From Octopus sinensis (Eukaryota): 64,000 bases of DNA. The position numbers were made by a program, and so were the translations under genes. Location of the stretch: assembly GCF_006345805.1 (NCBI RefSeq), contig NC_043012.1, positions 23,746,001 through 23,810,000 of the forward strand. Reading direction: 5' to 3'. The notes below the pieces were generated by a model. That model saw only the letters and a program-made list of their open reading frames with translations. It was not told the origin of the DNA and ran no database searches. Positions 26,084-38,777 of this stretch are shown here, piece by piece (position 1 is the stretch's first letter; every line of letters begins with the position of its first letter).

Positions 26084-26630
26084 ACAGGCAGTGGCTATGA
26101 CCTGATGCAGTAGCAGGCAGTGGCTCACGTGGCTTCTGATCTTAACTGATTAGAAGTGTTATCATGTACATTGTTTTGACTTGGTATCAAAGATGGGCTA
26201 CAGCAAATATTCTGCTCAATACCACAGGTTTGCTTGTCAGTTGTTTGACCTTAACCAGTTGAGCATGTCCTTTAGTGGCTGACGACATGTGCATCTCTGA
26301 TCACGAGCAGAAGTAGTGGGGGAGCATCACAGCCATGTGTCGAGAGGGATTCTTTGGGGTTTGAATAATTCACCTCTGGAAACATGGGTGTTTCGTTCAA
26401 CATCCTTAAACAATCCTTATTCAGGGACCTTTTGAGCGGGATGGGTGACTCGGCCAGAAGAAAATTCTAACTGGGCCACCAGCAAGGTCATGTGCTGTTT
26501 ATCTTGATATGAGATCACCATGTCGCGCACATATGGTTGTGATATGCATGTGCCTAGTCATGACGGGTATACTGGGCTTCGTATATTTTACCCCAGTGTC
26601 ACTTTGATGGATTGCACTGCTCTCTCACTC
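26084..26630 (+). mobile_element. Non-coding insert flanked by (TAA)n on both sides, probably the 3' UTR of a TAA-targeting retroelement
   Basis: GC-richer 550-bp block between pure TAA arrays, ending ..ctctcactc-aataataat; no ORF; orientation inferred. Confidence 0.45.
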
Positions 26631-27023
26631 AATAATAATAATAATAATAATAATAATAATCCTTTCTACTATAGGCACGAGGCCTGAAATTTCTAAGGGA
26701 GGGAGTTAGTCAACAACATTAACCCCAGTGCTCAACTAGTACTTATTTTATGAACCCTGGAAAGATGAAAGACAAAGTCAACCTGTGCCGAATTTGAACT
26801 CAACGTAAAGCCTGAAAAAAATGCTGCTAAGCAATGTGTAATGATCCAAAGTGATAATGAAATTGAGTAGTTAAAGGTGGACAGAATAGTTGAGAATAAG
26901 AGGAAAATCTGCCTCACAAATTCCATCTGGTTGATCCAAGTTTGGAAGAGTGAATATTAAAATGATGATGGATGAATATATGAGAGGTAAATTCTGACAA
27001 GTTTCAGTTTTATTCTTAACTTA

Positions 27024-27428
27024 CTCTACTCTTTACTCTTTTACTTGTTTCAGTCAGTTGACTGCAGCCATGCTGGAGCACCGCCTTTAGTCGAGCAACT
27101 CAACCCCAGGACTTATTCTTTGTAAGCCCAGTACTTATTCTATCGGTCTCTTTTGTCGAACCGCTAAGTGACGGGGACATAAACACACCAGCATCGGTTG
27201 TCAAGCAATGCTAGGGGACAAACACAGACACACAAACGTACACGCACATATATATAATACATATATACGACGGGCTTCTTTCAGTTTCCGTCTACCAAAT
27301 CCACTCACAAGGCTTTGGTCGGCCCGAGGCTATAGAAGAAGACACTTGCCCAAGGTGCTACGCAGTGGGACTGAATCCGGAACCATGTGGTTGGTAGGCA
27401 AGCTACTTACCACACAGCCACTCCTGCC
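27024..27428 (-). mobile_element. SINE family A, near-intact
   Basis: Full reverse match to 12618-13023. Confidence 0.92.
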
Positions 27429-28288
27429 TGAACAAAGACTGAATTTTTGAGAGTGGGAAAATGAAATCTTTTAGAGATGAAATAATTCAGAGACACCATC
27501 AGCAGGAAAAAACAATAGCCAAGTGATAACATATTTTATGCAGGAAACATTAAAAAATGAACAGGGATCAAAGACCTTTCTTGAAATCTATGACACTTTG
27601 CAGGCTAAAATTTACCGCCAAAAGGGGGGGAAAAAAAGGGGGGGGTAGGTTGACCTGTACACCAAGAAGATTTTTGAAGACTAAAAGTACCAAGTGAAAT
27701 GGTTTTGAATGTTCACAGTAGAATTTTACACTATACAGTATTGCAACTTGTATTCTGGGAAATATGGTATCACAGTGAAGAAGATCAGCTTTGCTTGAAA
27801 TAAGGACATGTGAATGGAATTCAACTTTTTTTTTTTTATCTATGAATTGAATTAGAAATAGATTAAATAGAGCTGACATTTGTATTCTTGTTGCTATGAT
27901 ATAACTGAGAATGGAAAACATTTTGTCTTCCTTGCTAAAAAAGAGAACAGATGGACCTATCAAATTGCCACTGGTGAAAAAGTGGGAATCCCAGCAATCA
28001 CTGAAGATCATTGACAGTCAGTTCAATAAAGTGTATTGTTGGTCCTCATGCATTGTGCCATGGAAGCAAATGGTTAGAGAAATGTTATGAAATAAGTGTA
28101 CATGTTGCTCACCTTCATAGATATAGACACCCACATTGGGTGGATTAGGGCTGTGTACTATGACTAAGAGAGAGGAAAAGGTATGTACAGAGAAAAAAAA
28201 AATCTGTAAACATTTGACGTCATGAATAAATATACATTTACCTATCGCAGGTGTTCCATTCCAAAACATAATAATAATAATAATAATA

Positions 28289-28320
<32 letters not shown>

Positions 28321-28324
<4 letters not shown>

Positions 28325-28480
28325 GACAAGGAAAAACAAAACTGCTTACTAATTGATCCATTATATCCATTGGATTCCAGGATTGTAAAGAAAGAGGATA
28401 AAGAATTAAAAGAGTATATAATCCCTTAAAATTTGAAATTGCAAGAATTTGAAGGATGAAAAGTGTTATGGTTGTGAAAT
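28321..28480 (+). mobile_element. Old R4/Dong-like RLE relic directly after a (TAA)n array
   Basis: IDKEKQNCLLIDPLYPLDSRIVKKEDKELKEY/PLKFEIARI*RMKSVMVV, similar to the RLE region at 435-806. Confidence 0.55.
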
Positions 28481-28862
28481 GAGATAAAAGTACACAGAGT
28501 ACAGAAAATATGGGAACACATCTGTGATGCAGAAGATGTCTGCATCTATCTGAGGTCGATCAAGGAACCCCACCGATCCAGGATTACCCTGACAAGTAAG
28601 GACACAAACCCTTCCCCAGCTGTTGTGCACCAATCTACAGGCACAGTGCTTAGAGTAGGTCTATTCACTCTAAGCACTTTTGCCAATCACACACCTTTTG
28701 ATGAATTCAAAAAAAGAATAGACCAAAAATTTTACATATATAAATATAATAGACAAAAAACTATACATATGCGAAGACAAGCATAAAAGTTGAAATCTAA
28801 AGAAAAAAAAAACAATCCAAAAGGAAGGAAAATGTCTGAATATGTCTTATGTTGTTACTTAC

Positions 28863-28934
28863 TTGTCTTCTTCTTGTGACTTCTCTACTTTTGGCGGTTC
28901 TTCAGGGAGACAAAAGGTTGTGATATTTCCTTGT
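28863..28934 (-). CDS. Candidate internal coding exon, 72 nt, phase 2-2: xQGNITTFCLPEEPPKVEKSQEEDx; protein not recognised
   Basis: Acceptor ttttttttctgtattttgcag, donor AA/gtaagt, multiple of 3, only one open frame, non-repetitive composition. Confidence 0.6.
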
Positions 28935-29411
28935 CTGCAAAATACAGAAAAAAAAACTCATAGAGTTCCGATGTATGTGTCATCATCATTTTAACACCCA
29001 CCTTCCCATATTTGTATGTGTTCGGTAGAGATTATGTGAGGCAGATTTTTTACAACCAGATGCCTTTCCTGTTGCTAACCCTCACTTGTTTATAAGCAAA
29101 GTAATATTAACACAAGGCCAGATATGTGTTTGCAGATTATCAGCAATGACTGACACTGCTTGTTTGAGAAGGGCCATCATTTTACAACAATCACACAATA
29201 TCAGGACAAGGAGACAGAAACGTACACATATGATGGGATTCTTTCAGTTTCCACCTATTAAATACATTCACATGGTTTTAGTCAGTCCAGGGTGATAATA
29301 GAAGACACCTGGCCCAGGTGCCATAGAGTGGGACTGAAAGCAAATCCACATAGTTGCAAAGCAAGCTTCTTAACCACACAACCATATATCATCATCTATC
29401 ACAACATATAC

Positions 29412-29704
29412 TCTTTTTACTCTTTTACTTGTTTCAGTCATTTGACTGCGGCCATGCTGGAGCACCGCCTTTAGTCGAGCAACTCGACTCCGGGACTTAT
29501 TCTTTGTAAGCCTAGTACTTATTCTATCGGTCTCTTTAGCCAAACCGCTAAGTGACGGGGACGTAAACACACCAGCATCGGTTGTCAAGCAATGCTAGGG
29601 GGACAAACACAGACACACAAACACATACATATATATATATATATATATACATATATACGACAGGCTTCTTTCAGTTTCCGTCTACGAAATCCACTCACAA
29701 GGCA
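29412..29704 (-). mobile_element. SINE family A, young, head truncated
   Basis: ctcttttacttgtttcagtcatttgactgcggcc..atccactcacaaggc. Confidence 0.88.
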
Positions 29705-30889
29705 TATGATCATCTATTTTAAAAGACAGTGCTATATCATACTATAAACTTAAATACTATGAAAAGGAAACACAAATTCAAAGAATTAAATGAAGGAATT
29801 TTGGTTTTGTATTTAAAAAAAGAAAATAAAAACAAACAGTAATGTATTTTCAAAAAATAAATCACAATTTTAACTCTTTGGTTATTTTTGCATCTGTAAA
29901 TGAAATTTGTCCCATAGATATTTCTTTCCTTTCAATGAACATTGATAAAAATCTTGAAACCAAATCTAATTTCAAAATAACAACCCTCTACAAAACATAT
30001 ACACACATGACAAATATGTGTAAAGGTGAGTATATATATATATATGTATATATACTTACACACACACATATATACATACACACGTGCACATATATGTTAG
30101 AAAATCAATTTTGACTTCAAAATTGATTATGTAATAGACTGATTTGCCTTTTAGTGTTGAGTCTCCCATCAGTAATTTGGATATTGCACATGAAATCGCA
30201 AGATCATGGTTTCAATTCCCAGGTTAGGCAGTGTGGTGTGTTCTTAAGAAAGACACTTCATTTCACACTGCTCCAGTTTGTTCAGTTGTAAATGAGTGAC
30301 TGTATAATTTCATTCAGGGGAAAATGCTGTGATCTAAGCCACTTATGCACCAATGGCAGCCAGGTAACCAGCACACTCCCACCTACAACTTGTAGGGCCG
30401 GTTACTACCTCATAAGTAAAAACTCAGCAGTATTGGCATATTTACTATCCATCAATATATGTTTTGTTATTCTTAAACTTGTGTTTTAAAAACACAAATC
30501 TGAAATTAACATCAAAAACGATGAAAGGTCCTTCCCAAAGTCACAGGCTCATAACGGCTGCTTTCTCGATCTATGAGGCATAAATATTCTCCCCTGGATT
30601 GGAAGCTGATCCTTTGCAGGGTAACTCACTTTTGTCAGCTGAGTGGACTGCAGCAATGTAAAATCATGTGTTTTCCTCAAGAATACAATGATTTGCACAG
30701 TCCAGGATTTGAAACCACAATCTTACATTCAGGAGTGCAACACGCCAAACACTGAGCCATGCACCTCAGATGGATGCATGGATGGATAAACGAAGCTTTT
30801 ATAGCCATATAGACATAGTGGACATTAACTATTAACTAAACATATAAAGTCAATGCCCTGTGAAACTTCAAAGTCACTATCATCATCAT

Positions 30890-31270
30890 TTAATGCCTGT
30901 TTGTCCATTCTGACATGGGTTGGATGGTTTGACCAAGGCTGGTAAGCTGGAAGGCTGCACCAGACTCCAGTCTGATTTGACATGGTTCTCATGGCTGGAT
31001 GCCCTCCTGATGCCAAACACTTTAAGAGTGTAATGGGCAGCTTTAAGTGCCACCGGTATGGATGCCCTTTGTATGACACTGGTATGTGCCATGACTGTGA
31101 TCTTGCTTGGCTTGATGGGTCTTATTCTCAAGCATGACATAATACCAAAGGTCTCAGTCATTGCCTCTGTGAGGCCCAACACTCAAAAGGAGCCCAGCCA
31201 CTTTGCCTCCATGAGGTCCAATGCTGGAAAGGTGCTCAATATGTGCCATCAGCACAAGTGTCAGTTACGT
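30890..31270 (-). mobile_element. RTE-type 3' UTR fragment with (GAT)n tail (similar pieces at ~6450-6660, 20390-20450, 43020-43200, 58800-58980)
   Basis: catcatcatttaatgcctgtttgtccat..gggttggatgg..gctggatgccct matches the 3' end of the LINE at 52198. Confidence 0.75.
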
Positions 31271-31749
31271 GATATCAGCATCAAACACATCTCGTATCAT
31301 TAGAATTATTATTGTATGTGCATGCATTTCATTGAGTAAGCTGCATCCAACAAAATGTGTTTTATTCCAAAGTGCACATCAGGGACAAGGGAACTGCATT
31401 AATTGGACTCATTAATAATTATTTATAAAGTAAAATATATCAGTGCCAATACGAATACGTAAAAACAAATGAGAATTTCTCTTTTTTTTTTATTTATTTC
31501 AGTCATTGGATGGCAGCCATTCTGGGACACTGTTTTGAAAGGTTGAGACACAACAAAGCAAACCCAGTACCTATTTCTAGTCTTGCATTCATTCTGTCAA
31601 TTTCTTTGCCAAACTGCTAAGTTATAAGGATAAAAACTATCCAACATAGGTTGTGTCATACAGTGTATGCAGGGGTGAGATGTGAACATGAGCACCAAGA
31701 CATACCCATATGCACACACACAAACATATAAGAAAGAAGACATGCACCC

Positions 31750-31920
31750 AACACCAGAGCTGAAGACACCTCTGAAAGGGGGGGGCCCCGCCACGTGAAA
31801 ACGGTAGAGGAGTAGGGGCCGAAACTGGACGTGGTTCCTCCTGATGATGTCTTGAGCTAACTGGATCCTATAAAGGAGCTGTTGTGGTAGCAGACCACGA
31901 AACACGGTTGTAATTCCATC
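31750..31920 (+). other. GC-rich structured insert with multiple hammerhead-core words inside a degraded SINE
   Basis: CTGAAGA 31760, CTGATGA 31841, GAAAC 31821 and 31899, stems GGCCCC/GGGGCC, GAGGAG/TTCCTC, GTGGT/ACCAC. Confidence 0.4.
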
Positions 31921-32100
31921 CTGAAAAGCTTCCACACAGTTTCCATCTACCAATTTCCTCACAAGGCATTGGTGGGCCAACGAATGTGTGAGAGAGAGAG
32001 AGTGTGTGTGTGCATTTCTCAGTCTCAACTAGGTTGTTGGGTGCTGTTTTACAATGCTGGCCACAATGTGCTTCCTCAAATTGTTGTAGCTTTCATATAA

Positions 32101-32500
32101 TCTTTTCTACTCTAGGCACAAGGCCTGAAATTTTGGGGGAGGGGGTCCAGTGAATTAGATTGACCTCACTACACAACTGGTACTTAATTTATCAGCCTTG
32201 AAAGGATGAAAGTCAAAGTTGATCTCAGCAGAATTTGAACTCAGAACGTAAAGACAGGCGAAATACCCATTTCTTTATTACCCACAAGGGGCTAAACATA
32301 GAGGGGACAAACAAGGACAGACATAGGTATTAAGTCTGATTACATCGACCCCAGTGCGTTACTGGTACTTATTTAATCGACCCCGAAAGAATGAAAGGCA
32401 AAGCTGACCTCAGCAGAATTTGAACTCAGAATATAAAGACAGACGAAATACTGTTAAGCATTTTGCCCACTGTGCTAACGTTTCTGCCAGCTCGCCACCT
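32101..32500 (-). mobile_element. SINE family B, dimeric form (two tRNA-related halves)
   Basis: gaatttgaactcagaa(c/t).taaagacag block occurs twice; ends ctgccagctcgccacc. Confidence 0.85.
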
Positions 32501-33270
32501 TGTTGTAGCTTTCAAATTGTCACATTACTGGTTAGGCAGGCAGGGCTATAGCATACAAGTGACCAAAGTCATAAAAATTATACCTAAATATATTGACTAG
32601 GAGCAACATGAAATGAAGTGTTTTGCTCAAGAACACAATGACTGTCCCCACACCTAGGCCAAGAATCAAAGGCCACATGTCTTCATGTGTCCAACTGCAA
32701 CTGTTGAAAACTGAACCAAGAACCTTTATCTCTGCGTACCATTTAAAAGAACAATCTAAATATTTCTGCTGGGGATTAAAGAGAATCCATCTTGGAGATT
32801 AGGACAATTTAAAATAGTAAAAGAAACAATTTTTTTTTTTTTTTAAATAAAGCTAAAACTAATAAAAATTGTTAAGTGTAATTTAAATATAGAAGGAGAA
32901 CTTTAGTGATTGTACCAAAAAAAAAAAAATAAATAAATAAAAAAAATAAAACAAACACATTTGTAAGTATATCAGATAATATTAGTGCTGCTGCAAGCAT
33001 TTGCTGATTAGCACAATATCCAACTGTAAAACGCCAACCCAACTTATTATGGAAGAAAACAACATTCCTTGATGCATGATAATTGACTATAAAAGAGTGT
33101 TCAAATTCAAGTAGGAATTAAAAATTAAATATGTTTGTCTGGCAACAGAGACCATATCAAAGAGACGAACACAATGACTATATAAATAGTTAAGTAGATA
33201 TCTCAGCTTTTGCTAGCAATTGAGCACGAATGCTTGATCAAGTTGACATTAGTGAGAACTTGATAGCTGG

Positions 33271-33316
<46 letters not shown>

Positions 33317-33833
33317 GTGGGGAGAGCGGCAGAGACTGGACATTTCTGAGTCGGGAGCGAGCGTAATGCAAACTGTGCACAATAAAGTGGACAGAATTAC
33401 CGTTGGTGGGGTAAGTGGGTGTGGTGACGGTGGTGGTGGTGGTGGGGTTTATGGTTGCATCTGTGAGATTGGTAGTGGTAATGGAGCAGTGAGTGGAATT
33501 AGTAGTGATAGGGTGTTACTAAATGTAGTAGTAGTAGCAGCATCAGCTGTAGTAGTTGTTGTTGTTGTTGTTGCTTCTCATAAACAATAGTTGAGCTGCA
33601 CCCAAATCAAAGGGAAGAAACAATAACATTAAATAAATTATATATGTACATGTGTATATGTATACATACATGCATATATATATATATCTATATATATACA
33701 CACATATGTATATATTTACAATATCTACACATACAGAAACATGTATGGTGTGTGCATATCCATATCCATATACACAGGCATACATTTAAAACTCACATTA
33801 GTTCCACACAGTACAACTCAAAACAACCCAACC

Positions 33834-33869
<36 letters not shown>

Positions 33870-36550
33870 CTGTGCATGTGCTTGTGTGTGTGCACACAAG
33901 TGTAGTTTATATATGTGTATGTGTGTGTGTGTGTATAAATATAATTGTGTGTATGTGTATACATGTGTGTATGTATGTGTGAACACACCTGACATAAATT
34001 CAAATACACACACACAGAACCCCGCCACACACACAGAATCCCTCACACACACACACACACACACACACAGAATCCCTCTCTCTCACACATACACACGCAC
34101 GATGATGAAGATTTCCACAGAGAATGCTTACGAGAGAAGCAAACAGAAAAGTGAAATGAGAGATAATAGAGAGAGAAAAGATGAGAATCGACAAAAGCCT
34201 AACAGAAATTTAAGTCTCGATGTTGAAGCTGACCTTTATTGACAGCCTAATTGTAGAGATTATTAACAGCACCGGCTTGCAATAAACTTCATATTTTTAA
34301 ACAGTCTACATAGTTATAGTACTGCCATTCACGATGATGGTGATGATGATGATGATGATGATGATGAAGAGGAGGAGATGGTGGAGAAGGAGGTGAAGAG
34401 AAGGGAAACAGTGGTAAAGATGACGTGTTTATTTTTTGGAGTGTAGTTATTGTATGATATCAACATCATCATCATCATCAATAATATTAGCATCATCATC
34501 ATCATCCTCCTAATCACTAATACCAAACCCACCAACCCTAACATCTCTCATAGAAGCATCATAATGAAAGTGCATACCACCACCACCACCACCACCACTG
34601 TCGCAGTTATCATCTCCCCTACCAGTAATGTCATTCTTGTCTATGACATCACTACCATCATCATGCTCATAAGCAATCTCAAAATCAGTCTTGAGAGGAA
34701 AGGGATTTTGTTTTTTTTTTCTTTTTTTTCTTTTGCAAAGGTTAAACATGTTATATCCCACAGAGCACCACTATCTCCCCACCCCACCAACCATGACCAC
34801 CTCAATCAACATAAATTCTTGGGAATCCAAGAAAGCTAACACTGGATGCTTGGTGAGATTTGAGGTTTGGGGCAGATGCTGCATATCACCAGCCTCCGTG
34901 CATGGCTTGTAATCTGAACACAAGTCTGCATTCAAGGGTAAGAGAAGATCAAGATGATTAGAGAATGTGGGCCCCTTTTTTTTGGTTTTTATTTTAATCT
35001 CCTTGAAGGATTAATGAGAAGAAAGTGAAGGTTCTCTGTGAAAATATCAGCAAAAGACTATACTCTAATGAAGGCAGCAAAAGGACAGGTGATAGTGTGA
35101 AGCTGAGGGACAGACTATGTCCATGACCCACAGACAAGAAGGGCTTAATTAACAGGCTTCTGCACACTTTCCATCTACCTGGGTCTCAGGTGTTACACAG
35201 TAGGATCAAACCAGATTTCTAAAAACACAATGAAACACCACCAGTGATTTGAATTAAAGCACCACAGACAGGGTGTTGAGAATTATATCCTCTCGACAAT
35301 ATCTTGTCAAAAAAGCAGGAGAAATGATCATGCTTATGAAGAAAAACGAAAGAGGAAAGTTGTCAAAATAACAAGACATCTATTTAAAAATAGGTATACA
35401 CCACACATATATTCTTTTGGATGTATCATACCTAAAATATGAATAGATATAAACAGTAATATATAGTGGTAAGAGGTATGATTTGCAACCTACAATTTCA
35501 AACAAAACCTGTGTTTAGGAGTCACCTGAAGGTCCACAACAGAAAAGCTAACAAGCCTGTTAGACAGATATATCTGCTATACAGAAGTGGTTGATGACCA
35601 TATTTGTGTATATATATATACATATATATATATATTTGTATAACAAAAAAAAAATCAAATACAACAAAAGTCAAAGGGATGTTCAAAGTTAATATTACGA
35701 GGTTGAAATTTAAATAAAGAAGAATATTATAAATTGCAAGTTCTGTTCTATATTTAAGGGATGAGGAATTATGTACATTATTTACATTTGACGTATTAAT
35801 AACATGCACCAAATATGGATTCAGGACACCCATATACTCGAAGCCAACCTTCACTGGACAATACCTCAACTTCAATTCCCACCATCCATATGGTGTAAAG
35901 AGAGGGATTGCTCAGTGCCTAAAACAACGTGCAAAGAATATAAGTAGCGATCATGAAGTGATCAACTACAGTAACAATCTATTAAGCAAAAACTACCCCT
36001 AAAACATACTCTCCACTCCAGTTATGAAGAAGAGAGAGGATGAAACCAATAAACTGTCCACAGTCTGTCTACACTATGTAAAAGGCATCGCTGAAAAGAT
36101 ACAAAAGATATGTGGCCCATATGACATCGGGACAGTATTCAAGAGTAATACAACACTTTGCAAATATCTCCTTCGAGTAAAACCACCAATAGAGGAGAAT
36201 ATGACCAAAGACTGCATGTACTCCATCCCATGCAGCTGTGGTAGGTTATACAAAGGCGAAACATGCCAATCTCTCAAAATAAGGGTAGACGAACAATGCA
36301 AAGTTGTGACACGGGGAGATATTGATAAATCAGGTATAGCTGATCATGTATGGAAAAATGGAGACCACCTCCCCCTTTGAGATGAAGTTAAAATAATAGA
36401 CAGAGAACACCACAGGAAAATATGAAAACTAAAAGAAGCAGCACATATGCTAGGACTGCAGATATGAATAGCATATGGGGACCGGTATTAAGGAAGGATA
36501 GAAAAATATTAGACTTATAAGCCCTAAAATTCACTCCATAATTACCCATG

Positions 36551-36624
36551 GGCATATGGCTTAGTGGATAAGATCACAGGCTACTAACCCCAAGATTCCG
36601 AGTTTGATTCCAGACAGCGACCTG
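36551..36624 (+). promoter_or_regulatory. tRNA-like Pol III promoter (A and B box) in the Penelope 3' terminal region; not a functional tRNA
   Basis: TGGCTTAGTGG at 36557-67 and AGTTTGATTCC at 36601-11 with tRNA-like spacing. Confidence 0.6.
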
Positions 36625-36684
36625 AATAATAATAACATTGAAAAATACCTTAGAAATGAGAAACCAGGTTCGAAATTTCCCCAA

Positions 36685-36730
36685 GACACCTGATGAAGGC
36701 TGGAGGGTATGTCAGCCGAAACATTGTGTT
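36685..36730 (+). ncRNA. Minimal type I hammerhead ribozyme (mutated copy)
   Basis: gacac CTGATGA a GGCTG gagggtatgt CAGCC GAAAC ATT gtgtt: stem I gacac/gtgtt, perfect 5-bp stem II. ATT replaces the GTT expected at the cleavage triplet. Confidence 0.7.
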
Positions 36731-36976
36731 AACAACAAACAAGATTAGGACAAATATCAGTTAAATGTAAATAATGTAAAGTGCAAGTTATAGAATAGAA
36801 AGACATTTCAGACATGGTACTTCATAGAACAAACAGAGAAAAGTTCTGGAAAGAGGAAAACACAAGAGGAAATGAGAAAAGAGGAGAGAAAACCAGGAAA
36901 AAATATACATACACACAAATAGACAGACAGACAGACAGACGGACAGATGGGTGGATGGATCGATGGATGGATGGAG

Positions 36977-37009
<33 letters not shown>

Positions 37010-37037
37010 TACAGATAGATAGACAGACAGGCATACT

Positions 37038-37076
<39 letters not shown>

Positions 37077-37458
37077 GGATAAATTCATTCATAGATATCA
37101 TTGAATATTCACCTTCTAAAAAAGAAACAACATAGCAAAACTTGATATTATATACACATGCTCAGATGCTGGCATATAAAGATCTGCATACAAACATATA
37201 GTCTTTACGCAGAGATATATATTCATACATATATATACATACATTCACAGGCAAACATTAATATAGACTGGTCAAAAACAAGTAAAGACACTGCGAAAAT
37301 TGACATCAGCCAGAAGGGATGAATTGGGAAAAACATGTGTGTGTGTGCGTGTGTGTGATGGATAGCATAATATTTCATGAACGAAGAGAAAGTTAAACTG
37401 ATAGCGGTGGAGAGAATTATGCTTGTAATGATGATATCAACATTATCAAACAGGTGTG

Positions 37459-37504
<46 letters not shown>

Positions 37505-37654
37505 AGTACCTAGCATGTGTGTGTGTGTGTGTATGTGTGTGGAATATAGGAGACATAAAAATATAGTAAAGGCAATGTATTTTTTATATCTAATAATATC
37601 TAATAATAAATAATATCTAAGAATAATATTAATAATAACAATAGTAATAATAAC

Positions 37655-37703
<49 letters not shown>

Positions 37704-38777
37704 GATGGTGATGGGAAAAAGAGAAATAAAATAAGCCAACTGTATTTATCTATTAATTTAATATGGTAGATATTTATTTTATGCCTTATTTGTGATTTGT
37801 TTTTATTTTCTGTTTGCTTATTTTTTTTTTTTGTCATCAAAGGAAAAAACTTCACAAGACTGAAAACCACAACTTAACATGGTGGTCATTTAAGGACTCT
37901 TTTAGGTGGGGTTTCATGTGGGTGCATATATCCAAAGAGAAATTACCAGAAATTAACAAAATAGAAAAAAAATATATATAAAAACACCCCAAAATATGGA
38001 CTAACTAACTAACTAGTTGATGATGATGATGATCATGACGATGGTGATGGTGGTGGTGAAGAAGTGATGATGATGACGATGATGATGATAAGGATGACAA
38101 CAACAGCGTCAAAGACGATGAAAATATAGGTGATGATGATGATAATATTCCATAATGTTTCATAATTATGGTGACGTTCATATTTTGTGAATCATAATGA
38201 TAACGGTAAGAAGAACAACAACAACGTTTCATAATTATGATGAAGATGATTATTATAATAATAATGATGATAATGAAGGTGAAGTTGATGATGGAGGTGA
38301 TGGTGGTGAAAGTAATTTTGATGATGTTTGAATCAAGGAAGATGGGGATTCTGTAGTAAGGGAAGATTCAAGTGATTCTGATAACCATCCATGATATAAA
38401 TGCTGCTGTGATGATGATGATGATGATGGTGAACAACACAATAACTATCATCATTATCACCAGTAAAATTAATGGACAGGAAACACACACACACACACAT
38501 TCTTATACATGCACATACTGCATATATGTAAAAACTAAATAGATACCAAACGAAAAGAAAAACAGAAAAAAAAATTGAAAACAATAAATAAAATAAATAT
38601 AACAAAAAAAATTGAAGCTCAAAACACAAAAAATAAACCAACAAAAAGCAACGCCAAAAAATGTAAAAAAAAAAAATGGAACGAAAAAAAAAAGAACTTG
38701 TTAGAAAATCCTCGTAGACAGCATAAACATCAGAGAAGAGTAATTCAAAGTAAACAGTAAAAATGGTAATGACATGT

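Larger units (their letters stand above)
35745..36780 (+). mobile_element. 5'-truncated Penelope-like element (RT thumb, GIY-YIG endonuclease, 3' terminal repeat, inverted terminal fragment at 5' end)
   Basis: FDVLITCTKYGFRTPIYSKPTFTGQYLNFNSHHPYGVKRGIAQCL.. then ORF 36024-36380 ..DCMYSIPCSCGRLYKGETCQSLKIRVDEQ..DKSGIADHVW (GIY-YIG); stops and frameshifts present. Confidence 0.92.
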
